A stretch of 26,284 nucleotides of DNA, taken from Candidatus Dadabacteria bacterium. GTDB taxonomy: Bacteria > Desulfobacterota_D > UBA1144 > Nemesobacterales > CSP1-2. A program made the translations under genes and the position numbers. Of this stretch, positions 18,376 to 26,284 are shown piece after piece. The stretch spans positions 2,300 through 28,583 of the forward strand of contig PSLL01000033.1 of assembly GCA_040289575.1 (NCBI GenBank), in the 5' to 3' direction. A model generated the notes under the pieces. The model was not told the DNA's origin, did not search any database, and saw only the letters and a list, made by a program, of their open reading frames with translations. Within the stretch, counting starts at the first letter, position 1; every line of letters begins with the position of its first letter.

Positions 18376-18409
18376 TGTAGATAGATTGAACGCGCTTTTT
18401 TGAATATAC

Positions 18410-18865
18410 CTATTCCTCTTCCGGCAGCTTCGGCGTGGGCCAGCCCGTTTCATCAACCTCATGTATAGGATCTAATAAAAGTAAATCCTGCATATCGGTA
18501 TATTTATTCAAAACCGGGGCTTCAAATATAGGCTTTTTCTCGCTCAGCCCGGTTTCAATAAGACCATTGATTCCTTCTGAGCTTCTCCCTTTATCATCAA
18601 CAACAAGGCCCTCTTCCTGTAGCTCCGATATAAATCTATTTATATCATTTTCTATATCAACGTGAGCACCTACATATTGATGTTTAATTATCGCAATAAT
18701 ATCGCCTATAGTGGCACCAATTTCGATAAATCGCCAGACATCGGCCCCAACTCCAATTAAACTGTAATAATTACCATTATCCAGGTTAATTATGACGGTT
18801 TCACCGTCAATAGTCTCATGAGAAATCTTAGGGCTATTGATTCTAAAACGATCATTCGGACTCAT
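18410..18865 (-). CDS. PqqD/RRE-domain protein with C-terminal leader/core-like extension
   Basis: Residues ~7-89 (ETIDGETVIINLDNGNYYSL..VGADVW...FISELQEEGLV) fit the PqqD beta3-alpha3 pattern, followed by a linker and FEAPVLNKYTDMQDLLLLDPIHEVDETGWPTPKLPEEE. AAGGAG SD. Confidence 0.88.
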   Translation of the reverse strand: MSPNDRFRINSPKISHETIDGETVIINLDNGNYYSLIGVGADVWRFIEIGATIGDIIAIIKHQYVGAHVDIENDINRFISELQEEGLVVDDKGRSSEGINGLIETGLSEKKPIFEAPVLNKYTDMQDLLLLDPIHEVDETGWPTPKLPEEE

Positions 18866-19400
18866 CTTTAACTCCTTTCTTGGATGTTTTTATATACACC
18901 AACCGACAACAGAAACAGCCTCATTATAGAACACAAAGTCTCTCCTTCCAAAAAAATCTTGAATGCGACTAACATCAAAACTCATTGCACTATTATCGTG
19001 ACACTATCTAACAAGTCAACCCTAAAGAGGCACCGATTCAACTGTCGGATCAGACTTTAAGTGACATACTTCGAGGTTTAAATTACTGGGGCAAGTATGC
19101 ACCCTATAAGATTTCTCATGTGGCTCCGCCACCTTGCCCACATTTTACGGATCGTAATATATTGATTCAATTGGACTTTAGACCAGTATTCTTGATAATA
19201 AATGTCCAATTTAAACAGTTATATAAGACTTTGGGCTGTAATTAAAAATCAAAATCTAGATAAAGAAAATAAAACTATTCAACCTTGGATTGATAAATTA
19301 GAGTTAGAACAGAGGGGTTGATTGTTGGGTTTATCTAGTTCGATGAAGCGACCACAACCATTATGACATCTAAAGAGATAAGATAATTGGATAATATATT

Positions 19401-20411
19401 ATGGATATGAGTAATAGCGGCGATCTCATTCATCAATATGGCCTCATTTTCATTTTTGGAAATGTTCTGGTTGAACAACTGGGGCTGCCGATTCCTTCAA
19501 TTCCTGTACTTCTTTTGGCCGGTGCCGCCTCTGCAAGAGGTGAAATCCCTTTGATTGGGGCTTTTACTTTGGGAGTTATTGCCAATCTCATTGCCGATTC
19601 TCTCTGGTACGAAATCGGCAGAAAAAAAGGGAGTAAAGTTCTTTCCATAGCCTGCAGAATTTCCTTAAATCCCGACTCCTGTGTGCGGCAGACAGAATCG
19701 TTCTTGGAACGGTGGGGATTTCCTTCCCTGATTATAGCCAAATTCATTCCCGGTTTCTCGATGATAGCACCGCCGACGGTGGGCTCGATGAAAAAACCGC
19801 GTTATTTCTTCTGGTTTTTTGATAGCCTAGGTAGCGGACTTTGGATAGGTATTGCCCTTATTAGTGGATTTATCTTTTCAGATACAATTGAAAGGGTTAC
19901 AAGGGGATCATTCCGCTTTGGTCAGCTGGCAGCAGCAATTGTTGTTGTAGTTCTGGTTTTATTTATTATTGTCAAGTATTTTCAACGCCAGCGCTTTTAT
20001 CAATCTCTCAATATGCCCCGCATCTCGGTAGATGAATTAAAGAAATTAATTAGTGAGGGGCACGAGCCTCTTATACTAGATGTCCGATCTGAGGTGGCTA
20101 AATCAATCGACCTCGCTGGCATTCCAGGCGCCCGACCTGTTTCACTAGAAAATTTGTCCAACCTCACTGATCTTCCGCATGACCGGGAGATCATCACCTA
20201 CTGCAATTGCCCCAATGAGGCTTCGGCCGCCCTCGCGGCGCGCACACTCATAAATCAGGGATTTCGAAAAGTCCGCCCCCTTAAGGGTGGTCTTGATGCT
20301 TGGCGAGAAGCCAGATACCCAATTGAGGATCTGGAAACCGGTTCTATCGCTCCGAGAGAATCACCTATTGTAATCCTATCAACCAGAGAAAGTAAAGAAA
20401 AAGAGGAATAA
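19401..20411 (+). CDS. DedA/VTT membrane protein fused to a rhodanese domain
   Basis: EQLGLPIPS, CRISLNPDSCV and AKFIPG (DedA); ILDVRS, YCNCPNEASAA and LKGGLDAW (rhodanese). Confidence 0.92.
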   Translation: MDMSNSGDLIHQYGLIFIFGNVLVEQLGLPIPSIPVLLLAGAASARGEIPLIGAFTLGVIANLIADSLWYEIGRKKGSKVLSIACRISLNPDSCVRQTESFLERWGFPSLIIAKFIPGFSMIAPPTVGSMKKPRYFFWFFDSLGSGLWIGIALISGFIFSDTIERVTRGSFRFGQLAAAIVVVVLVLFIIVKYFQRQRFYQSLNMPRISVDELKKLISEGHEPLILDVRSEVAKSIDLAGIPGARPVSLENLSNLTDLPHDREIITYCNCPNEASAALAARTLINQGFRKVRPLKGGLDAWREARYPIEDLETGSIAPRESPIVILSTRESKEKEE

Positions 20412-20472
20412 TATGAGGAGTTTTAAAATTATATTAATTCGCTCTTTATATCCAAAGGCAAAGGGGGGCATA

Positions 20473-20500
20473 TTGACAGAAAACCCAAATAGAATAAAAT
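20473..20500 (+). promoter_or_regulatory. Sigma70 promoter (duplicated, copy 1)
   Basis: TTGACA-16 bp-TAAAAT. Confidence 0.65.
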
Positions 20501-20523
20501 GCTCATCATATGGAGGTGAAAGA

Positions 20524-20646
20524 ATGGAGAGGATTTTAAGTATCCTTCTAGTTATGTTATTTGCTGTTTCCCCTGCTGGTTTTGCTTCGGTTGCAAAGAG
20601 GGAAGCTCCGGCACCAACACCCGCACCAACAGCAAAGCCCCGCTAA
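20524..20646 (+). CDS. Small signal-peptide-bearing Pro/Ala-rich peptide (40 aa), paralog of 20781-20951
   Basis: GGAGGTG SD; MERILSILLVMLFAVSPAGFASVAKREAPAPTPAPTAKPR. Confidence 0.6.
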   Translation: MERILSILLVMLFAVSPAGFASVAKREAPAPTPAPTAKPR

Positions 20647-20717
20647 ATGAAAACTTTATAAACTACATTAGCGTTAAGATGGCAATTCACCAGATAAATC
20701 AGCAAAAAGGGAGCATA

Positions 20718-20745
20718 TTGACAAAAAATCCAAATAGAATAAAAT
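20718..20745 (+). promoter_or_regulatory. Sigma70 promoter (duplicated, copy 2)
   Basis: TTGACA-16 bp-TAAAAT in near-identical context to copy 1 (GCATATTGACA...CAAATAGAATAAAAT). Confidence 0.65.
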
Positions 20746-20780
20746 CCTTAACACACAAATAAATCTTGAAGGAGGTAAAA

Positions 20781-20951
20781 ATGAAGAGAGTGCTAAGTAT
20801 CCTTCTAGCCGCGTTGTTTGCTGTTTCTCTTGTCGGTTTTGCTTCGGCTGCGGATATGTCAACTCCAGCCCCGGTAAAGAAAAAGCATCATATGAGACAC
20901 AAGAAAAAAGCACCGGCAGCTGTTGTCACACCAGCACCTGAAACCAAGTGA
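20781..20951 (+). CDS. Small secreted Lys/His/Pro/Ala-rich protein (56 aa), compositionally Asr-like
   Basis: AAGGAGGT SD; signal peptide ending ASA|A; mature part ADMSTPAPVKKKHHMRHKKKAPAAVVTPAPETK. Confidence 0.8.
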   Translation: MKRVLSILLAALFAVSLVGFASAADMSTPAPVKKKHHMRHKKKAPAAVVTPAPETK

Positions 20952-20960
20952 ACCGATTAA

Positions 20961-20993
20961 ACTGGAGGCGGGGAAAAGAACTCTGCCTCCAGT
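20961..20993 (+). terminator. GC-rich hairpin after the small secreted gene
   Basis: ACTGGAGGCGGGG / CTCTGCCTCCAGT stem with G-U pairs; no clear U tract. Confidence 0.5.
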
Positions 20994-21193
20994 CATACAA
21001 GCAGGTTCATCAATACGTTACAGCAAAAAATCCCCCAAAGATTCCGTGAATAAGTATAATCTATGCCTTCATTCATCAAGCTCCGCTTGCACAGTTAAAA
21101 GGCGTTAGGTAGAATCATCCTACCAAACTAGAAGATAACTCGAGTATCTATAGTGGGTATTCCCCAAATTGAAACCTATTGAAGTTGCTACTC

Positions 21194-21267
21194 GTCCCCG
21201 TAGCTCAGTAGGATAGAGCACAGGATTCCTAATCCTGGGGTCGTGGGTTCAAGTCCCGCCGGGGACG
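21194..21267 (+). tRNA. tRNA-Arg(CCT)
   Basis: Acceptor GTCCCCG/CGGGGAC; anticodon arm CAGGA-TTCCTAA-TCCTG; T-loop GTTCAAG; CCA not encoded. Upstream TTGCAC-17-TAGAAT (21087-21115). Confidence 0.96.
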
Positions 21268-21486
21268 CAATCATCAAGATGGACAAGTACATATATGCCC
21301 TGATTTATCTAGTGTAATTGTCTTATCCAAAATATAATCTGTGATATAGAGAACACCTTAATCAAATCTAAAGATGGATTCTCTTAGAGATGCAATAGAA
21401 AAGTTAGCTAACTTTGAATTAACTACTGATCAATTGACCAGCAAAAAATATAGCAACGATAATATCTCGTAAGTCATTGAAAAGAT

Positions 21487-21563
<77 letters not shown>

Positions 21564-21751
21564 ATATACAAAAATCTACATCACTTTTCCTAGATTGTGA
21601 ATAGTCATTTATAGAAGATACATAGACTAAGACATTCACGACTATTATGGAGTTTTAAGATAATATAGTTATATTACCTTCTCTAAAGGGATGCGTAAAC
21701 AGGTTTGAAATCCAACCTTTATCACAAATTATAAAAAGGAGGAACCGAGAA

Positions 21752-22333
21752 ATGTGGTTTATTTTGAAGATTACAAAGGACAGCGATGAAGTAAGCGTTG
21801 TGCAGGGGTTCAATAAATTTGACGATTGCTGGAACGAATATAGTAATTACCTCAGATCACCGTATAGCGTTCAAAACGGGTTTTTAAGAATTTGTTCCGC
21901 AAGTAGTGAAACCGAAGCAATAGAGGACATCAAAGCCAAAAGGCATGAGGACAAAGAGATCGCTATTAAAGAAAAGGGCTCCCCTGAGAGGGTGATTAAA
22001 GAATGGGCTAAGGTCTATGGGGTTGATATGAATAAGGCCGCCGAATTTACTACCGAAAAATTCCGCGAGGGAAAACCAAAAGACCTGTGGGCATCTGAAA
22101 TGTCCGAGAAGCTAAAAGAGATTGGTTATAAAACCATACAGGGGAAGGTGGCAAAACACACCCTTGGGGGGTCGGAATATGCTTTTGTAGATTTTAGAAA
22201 AACTATTTCAACTAAAGATGGCTCGTTCCATAAAATGGAGTCCTATAAACTCAAGAACATCAATGGAAGATGGCTGATTGATGAAGTGGAAATAAGAGAT
22301 GCAGAGGCAGACTTAGGAGGAGCAGAAGAATAA
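21752..22333 (+). CDS. Hypothetical protein; C-terminal half resembles NTF2-like/DUF4878 domains
   Basis: AAGGAGG SD; SPERVIKEW...KAAEFTT...YKLKNINGRWLIDEV pattern. Confidence 0.7.
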   Translation: MWFILKITKDSDEVSVVQGFNKFDDCWNEYSNYLRSPYSVQNGFLRICSASSETEAIEDIKAKRHEDKEIAIKEKGSPERVIKEWAKVYGVDMNKAAEFTTEKFREGKPKDLWASEMSEKLKEIGYKTIQGKVAKHTLGGSEYAFVDFRKTISTKDGSFHKMESYKLKNINGRWLIDEVEIRDAEADLGGAEE

Positions 22334-22336
22334 TAC

Positions 22337-22427
22337 TGGCGGAGAGGGTGGGATTCGAACCCACGAGGGGATTTAGTCCCCTACTCGCTTAGCAGGCGAG
22401 TGCCTTCGGCCACTCGGCCACCTCTCC
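22337..22427 (-). tRNA. tRNA-Ser(GCT)
   Basis: Reverse complement GGAGAGGTGGCCGAGTGGCCGAAGGCACTCGC-CTGCTAA-GCGAG, long variable arm, GGTTCGAATCCCACCCTCTCCGCCA. Confidence 0.97.
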
Positions 22428-22747
22428 TTAGTATAAACTCGGCCCTTGCTACCGCAATTAGGGTCTCATAAAGCAAGATAACTCGGCCATATAAGCGACC
22501 TATGGAAGCTTCTGATCGACTGGGTTTCGTTAATCACGCAGATTAAAAATAACTAAATGCTCTATGCGTGTCAAACTAATTTTTCCATGCTGCCGTTGTT
22601 GTATAATGAACAAGTATTTAACAAAATCCTAAGATCCACGGGTAGTTAGAATTTAAAAATTCAATTCTTCTCTGTGCCTATTTACATCGTAAAATCTACC
22701 TTTTTAATCACCCTGTTACCAGATTATTAACCTCTACAAAAAACCAC

Positions 22748-22794
22748 TTGACAAGTGAGAGAGAATCTCCTATAATTGTGACTGACTAGTCAGT
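22748..22794 (+). promoter_or_regulatory. Consensus sigma70 promoter with palindromic operator at +1
   Basis: TTGACA(22748-22753)-17 bp-TATAAT(22771-22776); perfect palindrome ACTGACTAGTCAGT (22781-22794). Confidence 0.85.
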
Positions 22795-22820
22795 TCAGTA
22801 ACTACACTCACATAGTAGAA

Positions 22821-23477
22821 ATGAGAGCAAAAGAGATACTCAGTAAAAAGATCCCTGGGGTCGCCAATCGTTCAAAAGCCGCCAGGCGCAAAAAGAAGAT
22901 CATCCAGGTAGCCGCTCAGCTGTTTTCCGAAAAGAGTTATCACGATGTTACGATAGATGAGGTTGCCGCAAAGGCGGGTATCGCTAAGGGTACTATATAT
23001 CTCTACTTTGAATCCAAAGAGAAACTATATCTTGAGATTTTAGAGAACTGTTTTGAATCCATAGAGTCGCTTATTGAGAAGGAAGTGGCAAAGATCGATC
23101 CGGCTTCCGAGAAGCTGAGGAAGATTTTAAGACTTATATTCGGATTTTACCGCCAAAACTTAGATGTTCTTCGAATCCTGAGCAGAGACGAGACCCACCT
23201 CATTCGCGAGCATTACCAGTTTACGGAGCACTGGAGAGAAAGAAGGGTAAAGCTCTATGAAAAGATTCTCGAAAAGGGTGTAAAAGAAGGCTTCTTCCGC
23301 CCGATAAATACGAGACTTGTAGCACTAATAGTGTTTGGTCTTGTAAGGTCTGTAATGTTTTTCTATAAGACTGATAAGAGCCCAGAGGAAATGGCAGAAG
23401 AGGTACTTTTCGTAATTGAAAGGGGGATTCTAGAGCCCGCGCAAAAGGAGTTTTATAGGGATAAAAACGGAGAATAA
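22821..23477 (+). CDS. TetR/AcrR-family transcriptional regulator
   Basis: IIQVAAQLFSEKSYHDVTIDEVAAKAGIAKGTIYLYFESKEKL helix-turn-helix. Confidence 0.95.
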   Translation: MRAKEILSKKIPGVANRSKAARRKKKIIQVAAQLFSEKSYHDVTIDEVAAKAGIAKGTIYLYFESKEKLYLEILENCFESIESLIEKEVAKIDPASEKLRKILRLIFGFYRQNLDVLRILSRDETHLIREHYQFTEHWRERRVKLYEKILEKGVKEGFFRPINTRLVALIVFGLVRSVMFFYKTDKSPEEMAEEVLFVIERGILEPAQKEFYRDKNGE

Positions 23478-23537
23478 AAGTGAAATTAACATATGTGGCA
23501 AAAGCCAAAACATCTGTAAAGGAAGGAGGTATTATAC

Positions 23538-24719
23538 ATGGCGATAACATACCCATTTAGTAAAAGGATAAACCATTTTGTTCCGCCCAAGCAATGGGCC
23601 AGTATGAGGATCGCAAAGGAGCTTGAAAAGACCACAGGCAAAAAGGTGATCCATTTTGAAAAAGGGGATTACCAGGGACCGGATTTTGATACCCCTGAGC
23701 ATGTGCTTGAGGCCACTGTAAAAGCACTCAAGGATGGATATGTAAGATACGATCCGGGGCCGGGTCTCCCTGAACTCAGAGAGGCTATAGCCCATGAGAT
23801 GACCAAAAGAGGAAGACCTACAACCCCAGACGAGGTAATTGTTACGGCTGGAGCAAAGCAGTCACTTAATATGGCGCTTTTGACTTTTCTTGAAGACGGA
23901 GACGAAGTAATCTTTCCCAACCCCGGCTACCCTCCAGATGAGGTTTGGGCAAAGTATGCAGGAGCGCATATAAAGCATACTCCGCTTACGAAACCCGATT
24001 GGCAATTTGATATTGAAAGGCTTGAAAGGATGATCACACCAAAGACAAAGCTCCTGATAATTAACACCCCTCAAAGACCCAACGGCCACCTTGTAGAGAA
24101 CCCAGAGGAGATCGCCGAACTCTGTCTAAAGCACAAGAACCTTATGGTTATATCCGATGAGATTTTCTCTCATATAGTTTATGACGGGAAAAAACATAAA
24201 ACCATCTCCGCTATCCCCGGCATGGCTGAGAGAACAATAGTAATTGATACATTCTCGAAGACCTATGCAATGACCGGATGGAGAATCGGCTGGTCTGTTG
24301 CTCCAAAGCCGGTTATAGAGAAGCTCTCAATATTTCTTCAAGATACCATTACGAATGTCGCTGCTTTCATTCAGAAAGCCGCTTATGCCGCAATGGTCGG
24401 TCCTCAAGAGTGGGTAGTAAAGAAAACCCAGCTCCTTCAAAAGAAGCGGGATAAAATGGTGGCGGGTCTGAATTCAATTCCCGGCATAAAGTGCGATATA
24501 CCATCGGGGGCGTTCTATGCATTTCCGGATATTACGGGAACCGGACTGACATCACAAGAATTTACGAATAGATTGATGGAGAATGCCTGTGTTGCAGTTG
24601 TAGCAGGAACCGCCTTTGGAAGCCAAGGAGAGGGCTACGTGAGGGTAACCTATGCCGTTTCGGACAGCGACATAGACGAAGGAATAAAGAGAATAAAAGA
24701 AACAGACCTTCGAGCATAG
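23538..24719 (+). CDS. PLP-dependent class I/II aminotransferase (AspC-like)
   Basis: GLPELREAIA, VTAGAK, SDEIF, FSKTYAMTGWRIG (PLP Lys) and GAFY motifs; GGAGG SD. Confidence 0.93.
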   Translation: MAITYPFSKRINHFVPPKQWASMRIAKELEKTTGKKVIHFEKGDYQGPDFDTPEHVLEATVKALKDGYVRYDPGPGLPELREAIAHEMTKRGRPTTPDEVIVTAGAKQSLNMALLTFLEDGDEVIFPNPGYPPDEVWAKYAGAHIKHTPLTKPDWQFDIERLERMITPKTKLLIINTPQRPNGHLVENPEEIAELCLKHKNLMVISDEIFSHIVYDGKKHKTISAIPGMAERTIVIDTFSKTYAMTGWRIGWSVAPKPVIEKLSIFLQDTITNVAAFIQKAAYAAMVGPQEWVVKKTQLLQKKRDKMVAGLNSIPGIKCDIPSGAFYAFPDITGTGLTSQEFTNRLMENACVAVVAGTAFGSQGEGYVRVTYAVSDSDIDEGIKRIKETDLRA

Positions 24720-24726
24720 CAGCCAA

Positions 24727-24760
24727 TTGTAGGGGCGCACAGTCCCATATGCCCCTACAA
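24727..24760. repeat. GTAGGGGC...GCCCCTAC palindrome between convergent genes (REP-like or bidirectional terminator)
   Basis: TTGTAGGGGC (24727-24736) / GCCCCTACAA (24751-24760). Confidence 0.65.
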
Positions 24761-24766
24761 TCCTAA

Positions 24767-26077
24767 TCATAATAACCTTCCAGGATTCACAATCCCCTTA
24801 GGGTCAAACTTTTCTTTTAGGATTTGCATTATATTCACACCGCCCGGTAGATAACCCCAGACATTGATTTTCTCCTTAATTTCAATAGGGGCCGACTCCA
24901 CTACAAAGTATCCCCCCAAACCCGCAGTGTAAGAATTCGATTGGTCTATAAACCCAATTAATTTATCCATATCTCCGGTTCGTAAGAAGCCGTAAATAAT
25001 CCCGCTTCCCGCGTGAGAGACCAAATTGATTTTAGACCCTAAACTCGCCGAGTATTCATCAAAATTCTTAAAGGCGTCGAGTGTAGTCGATATTGGAACA
25101 CTCGCTTTAAACCTGAATTTCGATTGGGATAAATGAGAAAAGTCCGACAACACCATCCAAAATCTCTTTTGTTCACTAGACCCTAAAATCCTTACGTTTG
25201 GACCGCTCATTTTCTGAATCTCTCTGACCTCTCTCTCGACAGACTCCCGAAAGCCTTCTAATCTGACAACCAGACAGAACGAATTTTCTCTAAACGCAAT
25301 GCCGAGATTACCCGACAGAACCTCAATCACAGACGGATTCAACACATTCAGAGAGGAGGGAAAAACCACAGAGTCAAGTATAGACGAAGCAATTTCAAAT
25401 GCCTGGGCGGATTCATTGAAAAATACCAGAACTGTCTTCTCCAATTCAGGCAGGGGATAGAGCTTAAATGTAGCCTCTGTTACCACCCCCAATGTCCCAA
25501 AAGAGCCGATAAAGAGCTTGCACATATCGTAGCCCGCCACGTTTTTTACAACCTTCCCTCCGGCTTTGATCTTCTCCCCTGTTGGAAGAACGGCCTTCAT
25601 TCCAATTACCAAATCCCTAACCGACCCGTATCTCAATCTTCTCGGCCCATTTGAATTTGAGCTAATGATCCCCCCTACAGAGCACATGGAACTAAACATA
25701 GGATCGATCGGAATGAACTGTCTCTTGTCTTCGAGTACCTTCTGCAAATCGGAGAGCTTTACTCCCGATTCAACCGTAACCGTGAGGTTCGCATGGTCGT
25801 AGTCAACAATACGTCTGAGCCGGGACATAGAGAGTATAATGTCTACACTTTTAGGAATGTTTCCAATCCCAATTTTTGTGCCCTGAGACCGAGGACAAAC
25901 AGAATACCCTTCCTCATTGGCAAACCATAAGATCTCGGAGATTTCATCCGGGCCGGAAGGATGCACAACTAAACTTGGAACCTTCCCATCAACCGCAAAA
26001 TCTGGAAATCCCTCTTGTGAATAGAGGAGGTTTTCCGAGCCGACAATTTGTTCTATTTTCTTGATTGAACCAACCAT
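24767..26077 (-). CDS. FAD-binding oxidoreductase, glycolate oxidase GlcE-like subunit
   Basis: SVGGIISSNSNGPRRLRYGSVRD, GGKVVKNVAGYDMCKLFIGSFGTLG, HAGSG and FDPKGIVNPGR motifs. Confidence 0.88.
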   Translation of the reverse strand: MVGSIKKIEQIVGSENLLYSQEGFPDFAVDGKVPSLVVHPSGPDEISEILWFANEEGYSVCPRSQGTKIGIGNIPKSVDIILSMSRLRRIVDYDHANLTVTVESGVKLSDLQKVLEDKRQFIPIDPMFSSMCSVGGIISSNSNGPRRLRYGSVRDLVIGMKAVLPTGEKIKAGGKVVKNVAGYDMCKLFIGSFGTLGVVTEATFKLYPLPELEKTVLVFFNESAQAFEIASSILDSVVFPSSLNVLNPSVIEVLSGNLGIAFRENSFCLVVRLEGFRESVEREVREIQKMSGPNVRILGSSEQKRFWMVLSDFSHLSQSKFRFKASVPISTTLDAFKNFDEYSASLGSKINLVSHAGSGIIYGFLRTGDMDKLIGFIDQSNSYTAGLGGYFVVESAPIEIKEKINVWGYLPGGVNIMQILKEKFDPKGIVNPGRLL

Positions 26078-26284
26078 CTTAATTAGTTAGAGTTCTGTGA
26101 ACTCCCATCTGTAGTAAAATTGGCAGCAGGATTTTCAAACTCTGCCAGTGTATCTGCGGTTTTCCTAAGGGAATTGTCAGAGGGAGAAATGTCATAGTTA
26201 CCTCAATACCATCATGCCCTAGAATCTTAATAACTGCTGAGATTATGCAGGGGTCGTAAGTAATCTAAGTGGTTCCCTAACTAC

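Noticed and set aside
18376..18462. N-terminal extension of GT2 17608-18462
   Set aside because: It overlaps the RRE gene tail and lacks GT character; ATG 18375 directly precedes the first GT2 strand.
11020..18865. Calling the cluster a lasso-peptide or PQQ biosynthesis locus
   Set aside because: No lasso cyclase, B2 peptidase or canonical Thr(-2)/Gly1 core, and no pqqA/B/C/E in the window.
19118..19185. TTGCCCACATTTT...TAATATATTGATT motif, and CGTAAGTCATTGAAA next to the tRNA-Arg(ACG) 3' end (~21468-21483), reminiscent of integrative-element ends
   Set aside because: No duplicated tRNA 3' fragment or integrase found; the resemblance is too weak to define an island.
20413..20523. N-terminal extension of the 77-aa ORF 20413-20646
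   Set aside because: It runs through the duplicated promoter; the SD and paralog alignment place the start at 20524.
26078..26284. Short open frames upstream of the GlcE-like gene
   Set aside because: All frames are interrupted by stops and show no recognisable motif; a glcD 3' end is not evident.

Overview
Bacterial chromosomal window. The housekeeping gene order aroA-cmk-ispH-rpsA-sppA-HIT-lapA resembles that of delta-proteobacteria/Desulfobacterota-like lineages (inference only). Left to right: F420 genes cofE (runs off the left edge) and cofD; a small secreted Cys/His protein; a relic HEPN/MNT toxin-antitoxin fragment; the aroA-lapA cluster with two nested inverted-repeat/heptamer elements in its spacers; a candidate sRNA; and a lytic transglycosylase behind a sigma54-type promoter. 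The most interesting part is a ~7.8 kb minus-strand operon (11020-18865). It encodes a PqqD/RRE domain fused to a leader-like motif and short acidic tail, three stand-alone GT2 glycosyltransferases plus a deleted remnant of a fourth, a nucleotidyltransferase, a peptidase-less ABC exporter and an HprK-like kinase-GT2 fusion. This is a candidate phospho/glyco-RiPP system with no lasso cyclase or peptidase. Two of its genes are frameshifted exactly at poly-G tracts. To the right: DedA-rhodanese, a tandemly duplicated promoter plus small secreted Asr-like peptide, three tRNAs (Arg-CCT, Arg-ACG, Ser-GCT) with an ORF between Ser and Arg, a TetR regulator with its operator, a class I/II aminotransferase and a GlcE-like FAD oxidoreductase. 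All family calls come from motif recognition by eye; no database search was run.
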